A stretch of 24,000 bases of DNA from an uncultured Prevotellaceae bacterium (GTDB lineage: Bacteria > Bacteroidota > Bacteroidia > Bacteroidales > Bacteroidaceae), in the NCBI GenBank assembly GCA_900318815.1, contig ONMA01000007.1, positions 93,494 to 117,493 on the forward strand, in the 5' to 3' direction. The notes under the pieces are model-generated. The model saw only the letters and a program-made list of their open reading frames with translations. It had not been told where the DNA came from and made no database searches. Positions 1 to 9,112 of this stretch are shown one piece after another. The position numbers were made by a program, and so were the translations under genes. Positions within the stretch are counted from its first letter, which is position 1, and each line of letters starts with the position of its first letter.

Positions 1-115
1 ATACTGAAATGGGAGACAGGCAAATGGGGCGAGGTTCCAGCCGATTTCGGACGCAAATAAACCGGCTTTAATTCTTTTTAACCATGTTGACAAGCCCGTA
101 CTCTGATTTTTTTCA

Positions 116-123
116 TATATTTG
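116..123 (+). promoter_or_regulatory. Candidate Bacteroidota -7 promoter element (TATATTTG, fits TAnnTTTG) upstream of the ABC transporter gene
   Basis: The sequence tatatttg at 116-123 matches the published Bacteroides -7 consensus TAnnTTTG. It lies 48 nt upstream of the ATG at 171, in an AT-rich intergenic stretch. A weak TTG is present about 27 nt further upstream (87-89). Confidence 0.4.
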
Positions 124-170
124 CAAACAATTTTAGATGACTAATCTATAAATATGTGTGCTAAGAAACA

Positions 171-3074
171 ATGACTGATATTATCCTATCCAGTTTTCTT
201 AGCTTGTTCGCTTTGTTTGGCAAGGAAGAACAAGTAGACGAGGCATGGGCAAAAGCCATGTTGGTCAGCTACTTGCGCCATCACTTCGGCATCAGGAACA
301 CTGACCTCTACTTGGATCTTTATAGCGACATGCGGGGAGCTTACGAGATGACCGACGACCTGAACGCACAGGACGCCGTCACATCCATCTGCTCCGCACT
401 CCACGGAAAGATAACGACTCAGGAGGCTTCGCTACTCCTTCTGCGCGTCATGGAGTTCTGTGGCAACAGAAGCGAGCGCACCGCCGCCATGTTCGACACC
501 ATGGCCAAGAAGTTCGCTATTCCTGCCAAACAACTGAAGGACTTTACCGATTTCGTCAATGACAAGAAGACGAGCCACGTGCTGTTCCATCAGTTAGACG
601 AAACCGACGGCAGGCTGAAGACCCTGTACAACCCCAACTCCGGACTACTGCTCTTCACCTATACAGGCAACGACACGGTGCTGCTGAACGACGTTCCCGT
701 CCTGTCGGGTGCCTATCAGGTATGGCTGCAAAGCAGTGTGCTGAAAGGCAAGACAGGCAAGCCCGTCTACTACTCTACCATCCTTGAGGCTCATAAGAAG
801 GCCATTGGCAAGGGCATTAACAAGAAGCAGGCAGTAGCGTTCTGCGGACGCGACATCAACTTCCGCTTCCCCGGCAGCGACAATGGCATGCATAACCTGA
901 GCTTCACCCTGCACAACGGCGAGCTGCTGGCCATCATGGGCGGATCGGGCACGGGAAAGACCACCCTGCTGTCCATCCTGAACGGAACCATCAAGCCGCA
1001 GGAAGGAAGCATCACCATCAACGGTCACGACATCTCTGAACCCGCTGCCAAGGATCTCATCGGCTTTGTGCCGCAGGACGACCTGCTGATTGAGGAGCTT
1101 ACCGTCTACCAGAACCTCTGGTACACCGCCAAGCTCTGCTTCGAGGGCATGTCGGAGCAGGAGATTGACCGCCGCGTCATCAAGACCCTGAAAGACTTAG
1201 GACTGGATGCAGCCAAAGACCTGAAGGTGGGTTCGGCCATCAATAAATACATTTCCGGCGGTCAGCGCAAACGCCTGAACATCGCGTTGGAGCTGATACG
1301 CGAGCCAGCCGTGCTCTTCCTCGACGAGCCCACCTCGGGACTCTCGTCGGCTGACACGGAGAAAGTCATTAACCTGCTGAAAGAGCAGACTTTCAAGGGC
1401 AAACTGATTGTGGTGAACATACACCAGCCATCGAGCGATGTCTACAAGCTCTTCGACCGCCTGTGGCTGCTCGACAAGGGAGGCTATCCCGTGTTCGACG
1501 GCAACCCCATCGACGCCATCACCTACTTCAAGGAAGCGGCCTGCTATGCCGACGCGGAGACCAGCGCCTGCCCCACCTGCGGCAACGTGAACCCGGAGAT
1601 TGTCCTCAACATCATCGACGAGAAAGCATTGAAAAGCAGCGGCGAGCTGTCGGACAAGCGAAAGATGACACCGCAGGAATGGCATGAGCTATACCTGAAG
1701 AACCGTCCCGAGCAGCCCGAGGTGGCAGTGAGCGACGTGCCACCCTCCGACCAGAAGAAGCCCGGGGCATTCAAGCAGTTTGCCATCTTCTTGCAGCGCA
1801 TCTTCAGCACCAAGATTACTAACGTGCAGTACCTCTGCATCGCACTTCTCGAAGCCCCGCTCCTGGCGTTAGTATGCTCCATGCTCACGCGCTACGCCCC
1901 GCCCGAAGGCTATTCGGTGATGAACAACAAGAACCTCGTAAGCTATTTCTTCATGGCCGTCATCGTGGCCACGTTCATCGGCATGAGTGGCAGTGCAGAA
2001 GAGATTATCAAAGACCGGGCACTGCTGAAGCGCGAGAAGTTCCTGCAGCTGTCGTACAACAGTTACATCTGGTCGAAAATAACGTTTATGGCAGGTGTCT
2101 CCCTGTTACAGACATTCCTGTTCATCGTCATTGGCAACTGGATTATGGGCATTGAAGGCTTGTTTGGTGTCTGGTGGCTCATCCTGTTCGTTACCGCCCT
2201 GCTTTCCAATCTGGTGGGACTGCTGCTCTCGCAATGTCTCAATTCGGTCGTGGCCATCTACATCAGCATCCCCATCCTGCTCATCCCGCAGATACTGCTG
2301 TGCGGACTGGTGGTCAGTTTCTCCGACCTGACACCCAAGAGCACGACGGGCAACGTGCCCATCATCGGCGACATCATCCCCTCCCGCTGGGCCTACGAGG
2401 CACTGGCCGTCACCTCTTTCAGCGATAACAAGTATGAGAAGCCCATGTTCCAGTTGGACAAGGAGAAATATGAAAACCAGTTCTACAACGTAGGCTTCCT
2501 CTATGAGCTGCAGTCGCAGTTGGAAACATTAGAGGACGAGAAGAAACGGGGCAAGGAGGTTAATCCGGCCCATCTGCGTGTCATCCGCACCAACCTGCCC
2601 CTGCTGACCGAATATTGCGGCATGCAGCCCTACGAGGGCGATGAGTCATACGCCTCGCTCCACCAATATATGAAGGAGGCCGAGAGCATACTGGCCAAGC
2701 GCAGCAACACCTCGACGCTGAAAGCCAATGCCGTAGTGTCAAAATATGTTCGCACGCACGGGAAGGAGTCGTTGCTCGAACTGAAGCGCAACAACTACAA
2801 CCTGAAGCTGGAAGACTGCGTGATAGGGGCCGACCAGGGGCGCATGCTCGACGTGATTGACGATTATATCGTGCCGCGCACAGGACTCATCTTCCTGACA
2901 CCACAAAGCCACGTGGGTCGTGCCCCGTTCTATAGCAGCGAGAAGATACTTGGAACATGGCACGTGAAGACCCTGTGGTTCAACATGGCAGTCATGCTGC
3001 TCATGTGCATCGTCGTGGCCCTGTTGCTGTTCAACGACTGCCCGGGCCGATACATTAGAAAAGGAGAGAACTAA
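171..3074 (+). CDS. Fused ABC transporter, ATP-binding plus permease (ABC-2/ABCG-like half transporter) with a roughly 220-aa N-terminal extension
   Basis: 967-aa ORF with an ATG start. Walker A GGSGTGKTT is at nt 939-965, the ABC signature SGGQRKRL at 1254-1277 and Walker B VLFLDEP at 1311-1331. A CPTC motif follows the NBD (1569-1580). At least five hydrophobic helices run from about aa 554 (YLCIALLEAPLLALV...), then a roughly 180-aa non-hydrophobic segment (about nt 2418-2960), then a final helix LWFNMAVMLLMCIVVALLLF. Confidence 0.9.
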   Translation: MTDIILSSFLSLFALFGKEEQVDEAWAKAMLVSYLRHHFGIRNTDLYLDLYSDMRGAYEMTDDLNAQDAVTSICSALHGKITTQEASLLLLRVMEFCGNRSERTAAMFDTMAKKFAIPAKQLKDFTDFVNDKKTSHVLFHQLDETDGRLKTLYNPNSGLLLFTYTGNDTVLLNDVPVLSGAYQVWLQSSVLKGKTGKPVYYSTILEAHKKAIGKGINKKQAVAFCGRDINFRFPGSDNGMHNLSFTLHNGELLAIMGGSGTGKTTLLSILNGTIKPQEGSITINGHDISEPAAKDLIGFVPQDDLLIEELTVYQNLWYTAKLCFEGMSEQEIDRRVIKTLKDLGLDAAKDLKVGSAINKYISGGQRKRLNIALELIREPAVLFLDEPTSGLSSADTEKVINLLKEQTFKGKLIVVNIHQPSSDVYKLFDRLWLLDKGGYPVFDGNPIDAITYFKEAACYADAETSACPTCGNVNPEIVLNIIDEKALKSSGELSDKRKMTPQEWHELYLKNRPEQPEVAVSDVPPSDQKKPGAFKQFAIFLQRIFSTKITNVQYLCIALLEAPLLALVCSMLTRYAPPEGYSVMNNKNLVSYFFMAVIVATFIGMSGSAEEIIKDRALLKREKFLQLSYNSYIWSKITFMAGVSLLQTFLFIVIGNWIMGIEGLFGVWWLILFVTALLSNLVGLLLSQCLNSVVAIYISIPILLIPQILLCGLVVSFSDLTPKSTTGNVPIIGDIIPSRWAYEALAVTSFSDNKYEKPMFQLDKEKYENQFYNVGFLYELQSQLETLEDEKKRGKEVNPAHLRVIRTNLPLLTEYCGMQPYEGDESYASLHQYMKEAESILAKRSNTSTLKANAVVSKYVRTHGKESLLELKRNNYNLKLEDCVIGADQGRMLDVIDDYIVPRTGLIFLTPQSHVGRAPFYSSEKILGTWHVKTLWFNMAVMLLMCIVVALLLFNDCPGRYIRKGEN

Positions 3075-3114
3075 GAAATTAAATATTTTTTTAACAACAA
3101 AAAACCAAAAGACA

Positions 3115-3921
3115 ATGAAGAAACTTTCAGTATTCGCTGTAGCATTTACAGCCATGGTCTTCGCAGCATGCGGAGGAAACAAAGGTGCCCAGAACACAGA
3201 AGCCGAAGCCGACTCTTTAAAGAGTTTTGAGCAGGAGCAGATTGAAGCCAGCATCAAGGTACAGTTCGACAGTCTCGCATCTGAGATTGGTAAGCTCGAC
3301 CAGCTGCCCTTCCTGAAGGAAGGTCCCGACGGCATTCAGCTGACCGATCAGGAGAAGCAGGTGAAGCCCGACTATCTGCTCGACGCTGCCGTGGCCGAGA
3401 ACGCCACTACGCTGGCAGAGAAGTACCGCATGGTAAGTGCCCTGGGTGTGGACAAGAAGGTTGCCGCCATGTACGACATGCCTTTCGATGCCTACGAGAA
3501 GGCCATCACCAAGCTGCTCGCCGACATCAACGATCCCTCGTTCAAGGATATTCAAGACGGCAGCACCATCTACGAGACCACGCAGACCCTCTATGATTCC
3601 ATGCAGGCTAACGGTCGCATCAACTACTTCTGGCAGCTCGTTTCGGCTTCGCTGGTCGAAGAGCTTTATGTCATGTCGCAGAACACAGAGAAGTTCCTCT
3701 CGGTCTTCAATGACGATGCCGTGGCCAATGTTACCTTCCGCATCATCCTGCTGCAGGATGCTCTCGAGCGTCTCACCGAGTATGATCCCGAGCTAGCTCC
3801 CGTTGCCGAGGCCATCAGCCCCCTCACCGTGCTGAACGCTACCTCCGTCAATGAGCTGAAGACCCAGTTAGGCGATGCCAAGGAGAAGATTGCCGAGGCT
3901 CGCAAGGCTCTTGTGAAGTAA
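3115..3921 (+). CDS. Lipoprotein of unknown function, probably co-transcribed with the ABC transporter
   Basis: 268-aa ORF. The N-terminus MKKLSVFAVAFTAMVFAACGG is a signal peptide with a lipobox cysteine. The rest is hydrophilic and looks helix-rich (many E/K/A/L residues). The start is only 40 nt downstream of the transporter stop, and there is no hairpin or -7 box between them. Confidence 0.8.
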   Translation: MKKLSVFAVAFTAMVFAACGGNKGAQNTEAEADSLKSFEQEQIEASIKVQFDSLASEIGKLDQLPFLKEGPDGIQLTDQEKQVKPDYLLDAAVAENATTLAEKYRMVSALGVDKKVAAMYDMPFDAYEKAITKLLADINDPSFKDIQDGSTIYETTQTLYDSMQANGRINYFWQLVSASLVEELYVMSQNTEKFLSVFNDDAVANVTFRIILLQDALERLTEYDPELAPVAEAISPLTVLNATSVNELKTQLGDAKEKIAEARKALVK

Positions 3922-3943
3922 GTAACACCTATTTCTCACATAC

Positions 3944-3982
3944 AAAAAAATCTGCTTATCGTCCAGGATAAGCAGATTTTTT
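3944..3982. terminator. Bidirectional rho-independent terminator between convergent transcription units
   Basis: There is a perfect 10-bp stem: tctgcttatc (3951-3960) pairs with gataagcaga (3967-3976) around a 6-nt loop gtccag. An A7 run (3944-3950) flanks it on one side and a T6 run (3977-3982) on the other. It sits between the stop of the + strand lipoprotein gene (3921) and the stop of the - strand gene (4010). Confidence 0.8.
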
Positions 3983-4009
3983 GTATGTAAATGAGCTGAG
4001 GTGCTGTGT

Positions 4010-5221
4010 CTATTGTCCCTTGTTCAGTTCCCGCTCTGCAAACTGAGCCACATGCAGAGGCTGCCAGTAGTGGTCAGAGTGGTTCTCGTCGGGACGAGTC
4101 ATCACATTGCGTCCCATGTTCTCGTCCTTATATTTGCTATTCGACGCCAAGACATGCTCCCAGGCCACGTATTCAGGGAGACGCAGCCTGAACACCTTGT
4201 CGCGCACTTGACGCTTGGGGCCTACGGGAACGGAGAAGTGGAACCCAGCACCCCACTCGCCACCAGTCGCAATGCCATAAAGACCTACCGTGTACTCGCC
4301 GAAATGACGGGTCACGTCGGCTCGCACACCATAGTCGCCAAAGATGAAGCGACCCGCCATGAGCTGGCCCTGCAACTGAGTGGAGGATTCATAATAGTCG
4401 GCCTTCGCCAGGAAACTGAAACGGTCAGGCACACTGATGTCATAGTTGCCGTCGCGTACAATGGCCTCGCCCGTCAGGCTGGTCTCAGCACCAACCGTCA
4501 AGGACGGCGTGAGATGATAGCCTACGCGCAAGTCTACTCCCACACGGTCGTAATGGAAGAAGCCGCCTGCCAAGGTGGCATCCCAACGTCCATCCTTTGC
4601 CACTACATCCTGAGCTATAGAAGCCACGCCAACACGGATATAGGTGTCGGAGTTGATTGTCTCGGAATTATAGGCAAATGGAATGATGGGCTGCAACGTA
4701 ATGCGGTTACCCCGCCAGAGACTGGTCTCTAATGCAGGAGCCACGGCCAACGCATACTCCCAGAAGCCCCCCACTTTACGGTCGTTAATCGAAAGCATCG
4801 GGTAGATTGTGAGATCCACCTTGCGCTCAGAGCTGTTCCGTGCTGTCGCCGTATGCAGTGCATCCTCGATGTCCTGGCTGTCGTAACTACCCAGAACGGC
4901 CCACTGTCCCTCCACACAAGTAGCTGTCAATGACATCCGTGCCGCTTGCTCCTCCAGCAGCATCAGACGGAAAATCCTGGTCTCGGGATACAGGCGTGCC
5001 AGTTCCTGCAAGGCAACGACGGCTCCCTGATAGGTGCCACGGTAGCCAGCAGTCTCGATAGCCACAAACACCGTGTCGTTGCCGCTGCTTGCCACACGCA
5101 CATTCTCAAAACCCATCCCTACTAAGCTGGCTGTTGCCTCTTCATCGCTGGCCGCATGAACCAGGGCCACCGGCCACGTAAGAGAAAAAAGAAATAACAG
5201 GAAATATCTCATCATATTCAT
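4010..5221 (-). CDS. Secreted, outer-membrane-type protein ending the polysaccharide operon (possibly YjbH-like exopolysaccharide-associated beta-barrel)
   Basis: 403-aa ORF with an ATG start. It has a cleavable-looking signal peptide, MNMMRYFLLFLFSLTWPVALVHA/AS. The C-terminal two thirds are rich in alternating hydrophobic/polar stretches and G/Y/T residues (LRVGYHLTPSLTVGAETSLTG, YTVGLYGIATGGEWGAGFHFSV), typical of beta-barrel strands. It lies 36 nt downstream of the initiating transferase on the same strand. The YjbH family assignment is from memory only. Confidence 0.75.
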   Translation of the reverse strand: MNMMRYFLLFLFSLTWPVALVHAASDEEATASLVGMGFENVRVASSGNDTVFVAIETAGYRGTYQGAVVALQELARLYPETRIFRLMLLEEQAARMSLTATCVEGQWAVLGSYDSQDIEDALHTATARNSSERKVDLTIYPMLSINDRKVGGFWEYALAVAPALETSLWRGNRITLQPIIPFAYNSETINSDTYIRVGVASIAQDVVAKDGRWDATLAGGFFHYDRVGVDLRVGYHLTPSLTVGAETSLTGEAIVRDGNYDISVPDRFSFLAKADYYESSTQLQGQLMAGRFIFGDYGVRADVTRHFGEYTVGLYGIATGGEWGAGFHFSVPVGPKRQVRDKVFRLRLPEYVAWEHVLASNSKYKDENMGRNVMTRPDENHSDHYWQPLHVAQFAERELNKGQ

Positions 5222-5257
5222 AGTGATAAAAACTTCATTCCACAGGTTGCCACGTCA

Positions 5258-6667
5258 TCAGAAGGCCATCTTGTCGTGGACAACGATGGTTTTTGCAGTC
5301 ATCCAGATAATGCGGATGTCGAGCCAGATGGTCCAGTGCTCCATATACCAGATGTCGCGCTTAATCCTTTCTTCCATCTGCCACAGCTCCTTTGTCTCAC
5401 CCCTGAAGCCCGTCACCTGTGCCCATCCCGTTATGCCAGGCTTCACGAAATGGCGCACCATATACTGACGAATCAACTCGGAATACATTTCCGTATGAGC
5501 CAGCATGTGCGGACGTGGGCCTACCACCGACATGTTGCCTTTCAGAACGTTCCAGAACTGGGGCAGTTCATCGAGATTGTATTTACGCATGATGTTGCCA
5601 AAGGGGAACTTCCTCGGGTCGTTTTCCGTGGCCTGCAACCTGTCGGCATCGGCATTCACGTGCATCGAGCGGAACTTATAGCACACGAAGTTGTCGCCGT
5701 TCAGACCCGTCCTCAGCTGCCGGAACAGGATGGATCCCGGGCTCTGCAGTTTGATGATGAGCGCAATAATGGGGAACAAAGGCAGGCAGAACAGCAGCAC
5801 AAGGCTGGAGAAGATGATGTCCATCCCCCGCTTCAGCATCTTGTTAACAGGATTCTCAAGCGGGATTTCATGATTAGTGAACACTTCGATGTCGTCGATA
5901 TACTCTCGCTCCAGTCGCATACCTATCTTTTCGTCCAGCATGGGAACGAAGTAGAAGCGAATGACATGCCGGTCGCAATAGTCCGACAATTCTCGCAACG
6001 GCAGGTTCTCGCGCCTCGGCAAGCACACGTAAACCTCGTCACCTATCTCCAGGTCGGCATTCATCTCGATGCTCTCCATCAAGTCGGCTATTGTCCCCAA
6101 CCTCTCGATATGCTCCTGCTTCATCTTCTCGCTCTCTTCATCCGCATAATAGCCTCCCACGCGGTAACCCGTAGTGGGGTTCTTAATCAGCTTTTCATAA
6201 ATATTGTCCAGCTCTGAGTCAGCCCCTACGAATGTCACCGAACGGATGTTGAAACCTCTTCCGCGATAAAACTTCACGATGTTGCGTTCTACAAACCGGT
6301 TCAGTATTCCACAGAAAACCAAGCACAGCTCCAACCTTACCATCAGCCATCCTATCGGCAGTTCAAGGTCGATAATCTTCATGATGAAGTAGGCCAACAC
6401 AAAATGCAGGAGAAGCAGTCCTGCCATTCTACGGAGGATGTCGCCGGCCGACACGACTCGCTGATGAATAATGGTCATGTAGCGCGAAAAGGCCAGCACC
6501 ATAGCCAGATTGTTCACGAGCCAGAACACCTGTACTTTCTCGTCGGGCCACGTCGAGAACAGCGGGTCGAACTGTCGGAATAAGAACAGCAGACCATTCA
6601 GCACCAGCATGTCGCCAATGATGACACACCATTTTAATATAGTATTCGAGCGAGTATTTCTTCTCAT
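5258..6667 (-). CDS. Undecaprenyl-phosphate sugar-1-phosphate transferase (WbaP/WcaJ-like polyprenyl glycosylphosphotransferase, initiating enzyme)
   Basis: 469 aa with N-terminal transmembrane helices. The C-terminal bacterial sugar transferase domain carries KRGMDIIFSSLVLLFCLPLFPIIALIIKLQSPGSILFRQ.R.G, DPRKFPFGNIMRKYNLDELPQFWNVLKGNMSVVGPRPH and WQMEERIKRDIWY. Confidence 0.9.
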   Translation of the reverse strand: MRRNTRSNTILKWCVIIGDMLVLNGLLFLFRQFDPLFSTWPDEKVQVFWLVNNLAMVLAFSRYMTIIHQRVVSAGDILRRMAGLLLLHFVLAYFIMKIIDLELPIGWLMVRLELCLVFCGILNRFVERNIVKFYRGRGFNIRSVTFVGADSELDNIYEKLIKNPTTGYRVGGYYADEESEKMKQEHIERLGTIADLMESIEMNADLEIGDEVYVCLPRRENLPLRELSDYCDRHVIRFYFVPMLDEKIGMRLEREYIDDIEVFTNHEIPLENPVNKMLKRGMDIIFSSLVLLFCLPLFPIIALIIKLQSPGSILFRQLRTGLNGDNFVCYKFRSMHVNADADRLQATENDPRKFPFGNIMRKYNLDELPQFWNVLKGNMSVVGPRPHMLAHTEMYSELIRQYMVRHFVKPGITGWAQVTGFRGETKELWQMEERIKRDIWYMEHWTIWLDIRIIWMTAKTIVVHDKMAF

Positions 6668-6685
6668 TTTCTCTTTCTTGACATG

Positions 6686-7450
6686 TTAATTGTTGGTAGA
6701 GTGCATGGACATTTTCTCCCTGAGAACACCCCAAAGGAAGAGCGGATTACCCAACACATAGCGACGCCACAATCTCAGGGGTTCCATGACAAGCCTGTAG
6801 AGCCATTCCAAGGAATGCTCCTGCCACCAGATAGGAGCGCGGAGCACAGTTCCCGCATAGAAATCGAACACTGCCCCGATGGTACCCACATGGCAGTTGA
6901 TGTCCAATTCATCCCAGTGCTGACAAGTCCATTTCTCTTGTTTGGGAGCCGTCATCCCTATCCATAGCAACTCGGGGCGGGCCTGATTGATGGCTCTTAC
7001 GATGGCCGCACTATCGTCATCGGTAAAGACGGGCTTATACGGCGGCGAATAAGTCACGACTTCCAAACAGGGATAATCGTTGGCCGCCCGCTGCCTGATC
7101 AACGACAACACGCGCTCGGAACTACCCATGAACATCACCCGTTTCTTCTTTCCTTCGGCCATAGCCTTGCTGTTCAGCCGCTGCATCTCGGCGACAAACA
7201 AGTCCCATCCCGCAATCCTCTCCTTAGGCAGGCTCTTTCCCTTTAGCCACCGGCAGGCCATGACGATGCTGGCTCCATCAGGTATCAGATAATCTCCGCC
7301 TATCAGTGCCTCTGCGTAAGCCTCATCTTCCTGGGCCACATTATAGCAATGGGCGTTAATCGTGTTGATAAGAACCTTTCCTTCGGGAATGAGATTCAGC
7401 GCACCGCGCGATTCCAAAATAGTCAGTGCAGATAGTCGTAGCATATTCAT
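6686..7450 (-). CDS. WecG/TagA/CpsF-family glycosyltransferase (GT26)
   Basis: 254 aa. The size fits, and the N-terminal pattern INTINAHCYNVAQEDEAYAEAL...DYLIPDGASIVMACRWL and the C-terminal EWLYRL..EP.RLWRRY are characteristic of GT26 ManNAc/ManNAcA-type transferases. Confidence 0.8.
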   Translation of the reverse strand: MNMLRLSALTILESRGALNLIPEGKVLINTINAHCYNVAQEDEAYAEALIGGDYLIPDGASIVMACRWLKGKSLPKERIAGWDLFVAEMQRLNSKAMAEGKKKRVMFMGSSERVLSLIRQRAANDYPCLEVVTYSPPYKPVFTDDDSAAIVRAINQARPELLWIGMTAPKQEKWTCQHWDELDINCHVGTIGAVFDFYAGTVLRAPIWWQEHSLEWLYRLVMEPLRLWRRYVLGNPLFLWGVLREKMSMHSTNN

Positions 7451-7466
7451 CTTTTTCTTAGCCTCA

Positions 7467-8543
7467 TCAGCCTAACGAGGCATAGAGATGGTTCAACTTA
7501 GAGATATAGTCTTCAGAACGCAAACGTTCAAAAACGGTCTGGCGAGCTGCCCCCGACATTTTTTCCAATAATAGTCTGTCGTGCAGCAAGAGCTTTACAG
7601 CCTCAGTGATGCTGTCAGCGTCTTTCACCTTAATCACCAGTCCGTTCATACGGTCGGTCACATATTCACAGATACTGCCTACATCCGTCACGACGGGCAC
7701 CTGTCCGAAACTCATACATTCCAGCAGCGACATGGGTAGTCCTTCGTAGAAGGACGGCAAGAGGAACACCTGACATTGCCGCAACAGTTCCGTCTTGCGA
7801 TGGCCAGAGACCACTCCCTCGTAGACGAAACGGTTGCCCAGCAGCTGTCGGAACTTTTCCACATAGCCTCCCCCACCCTGCTCTATCCCGGCAAAGTGCA
7901 GGCAGAGGTCGTCGGCTGTTTCCTTCCACGCGGCCATCGCCTCATAGAGATAGTCCATCCCTTTATCCGGCTCTATCCTTCCCATATAAAGAAGGTCCAG
8001 ACGTCCCGTGTAGTTTTTCGTCGTGTCAGCGGCGGCCTCAGAGAGGTCTACACAATTGGGTAGCACGACAACTTGCTTCACGCCATATTTATTCTCCAAC
8101 TGCCTTTTCTCCTTTTCGCTCAGAGCGATAAACGGAACGTCCATACGGAATATCCCGCTCAGCATCCAACGAATGACAAAGGGCTTTTTTTCCTGAAACA
8201 AATAGAGACCTCCATGCAGATGGACAATCATCTTTTTGTCCTGCTGGTAGGCCGTGCGCAAGAAGAAGTAATCGCGGAGAATACCCGGGGTATCCGTGGA
8301 AAAATTGAAATGAATGACCGTAGAATCATCCATTGACTTGAGCTTTTGCTTCCACGTACCGTAATTCTTTAATACACGCAGGACACGATTGTGCGGGCCT
8401 TTCTCGCCATCACTCTTTCCTTGCAGGAAATGCTCATACTGGCACGCTCTGTTATTGGCCACGATGAAACTGGCCACTGCCGACATGCCACTGACGTTTG
8501 TCTTTACGTCGAGCGAGGGAGCAACAATCAATATCTTCTTCAA
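7467..8543 (-). CDS. Glycosyltransferase family 4 (GT-B fold, retaining type)
   Basis: 358 aa. The EX7E motif is present in FYEGLPMSLLECMSFGQVPVVTDVGS, and the N-terminus KKILIVAPS is typical. The only start compatible with that conserved N-terminus is TTG (8541-8543 reads caa on the + strand). Confidence 0.85.
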   Translation of the reverse strand: MKKILIVAPSLDVKTNVSGMSAVASFIVANNRACQYEHFLQGKSDGEKGPHNRVLRVLKNYGTWKQKLKSMDDSTVIHFNFSTDTPGILRDYFFLRTAYQQDKKMIVHLHGGLYLFQEKKPFVIRWMLSGIFRMDVPFIALSEKEKRQLENKYGVKQVVVLPNCVDLSEAAADTTKNYTGRLDLLYMGRIEPDKGMDYLYEAMAAWKETADDLCLHFAGIEQGGGGYVEKFRQLLGNRFVYEGVVSGHRKTELLRQCQVFLLPSFYEGLPMSLLECMSFGQVPVVTDVGSICEYVTDRMNGLVIKVKDADSITEAVKLLLHDRLLLEKMSGAARQTVFERLRSEDYISKLNHLYASLG

Positions 8544-8557
8544 AGTAATAGCTAAAA

Positions 8558-9112
8558 TTAATAGAGTAAGCGGTCGTTCTCACGTATCTCTTCTTCCGTG
8601 AACCGCATCTTCAGCAATTTGGCTGGCACGCCGCCAATGATGGAATAGGGTGGAAACGAACGGGTTACCACCGCCCCGGCAGCAATGACACTGCCATGAC
8701 CGATGGTGACTCCCTTCAGGATGGTGACATTGGCTCCTGTCCAGACATCGTCTTCGATGACCACGGGCTGGTCGTTCTCGGGCAGTTTCTCATCGGCAGT
8801 CACGTCGATGATATATTTCCCCAGAATGTCTATCCTGTGGTCGCCCGTGATAATCGTAGGGTTCGGACCGAATATTACCTTACGCCCGATGGTCAGCGGT
8901 GCGTCGGTACAATAGAAGGTGCTGCCCTTGGGTATGGAAGTACCATCGCCCACCGACAGGTTCTCAATCCCCTTGATGTCGGATGACATCGGGCGGAAGT
9001 AAACCCCGCGACCGCAATGCTTCATCTGCCGCTTCCAGACTCCACTCCACAGCCAGTCCCACAAATAGGCAGGAGCAAGGCTCAGCTTTACCAGCAAACT
9101 ATTCAGCGTCAT
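8558..9112 (-). CDS. Hexapeptide-repeat (left-handed beta-helix) O-acetyltransferase, maltose/galactoside acetyltransferase-like
   Basis: 184 aa. The imperfect hexapeptide array is DDVWTGANVTILKGVTIGHGSVIAAGAVVTRSFPPYSIIGGVPAKLLK. The ATG start overlaps the upstream gene's stop region by 14 nt. Confidence 0.85.
   Translation of the reverse strand: MTLNSLLVKLSLAPAYLWDWLWSGVWKRQMKHCGRGVYFRPMSSDIKGIENLSVGDGTSIPKGSTFYCTDAPLTIGRKVIFGPNPTIITGDHRIDILGKYIIDVTADEKLPENDQPVVIEDDVWTGANVTILKGVTIGHGSVIAAGAVVTRSFPPYSIIGGVPAKLLKMRFTEEEIRENDRLLY

Noticed and set aside
1-60. An open frame from the window edge to a TAA at 58-60 (ILKWETGKWGEVPADFGRK*). It might be the 3' end of an upstream + strand gene.
   Set aside because: Only 19 codons are visible. 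That is too short to support a call or a function.
2739-3335. A 198-aa minus-strand ORF spanning the end of the ABC transporter gene, the intergenic region and the start of the lipoprotein gene.
   Set aside because: It overlaps two well-supported + strand genes, has no motifs, and crosses an AT-rich spacer in a way that suggests a chance open frame.
4001-4732. A 243-aa ORF on the + strand. Similar long antisense ORFs occur at 5276-6217, 12557-13363, 19381-19983 and 21942-22610.
   Set aside because: Each lies entirely inside a strongly supported minus-strand gene that carries recognisable motifs. Their translations are low-complexity or Arg/His/Pro-rich with no motifs. They are typical shadow ORFs of GC3-biased genes.
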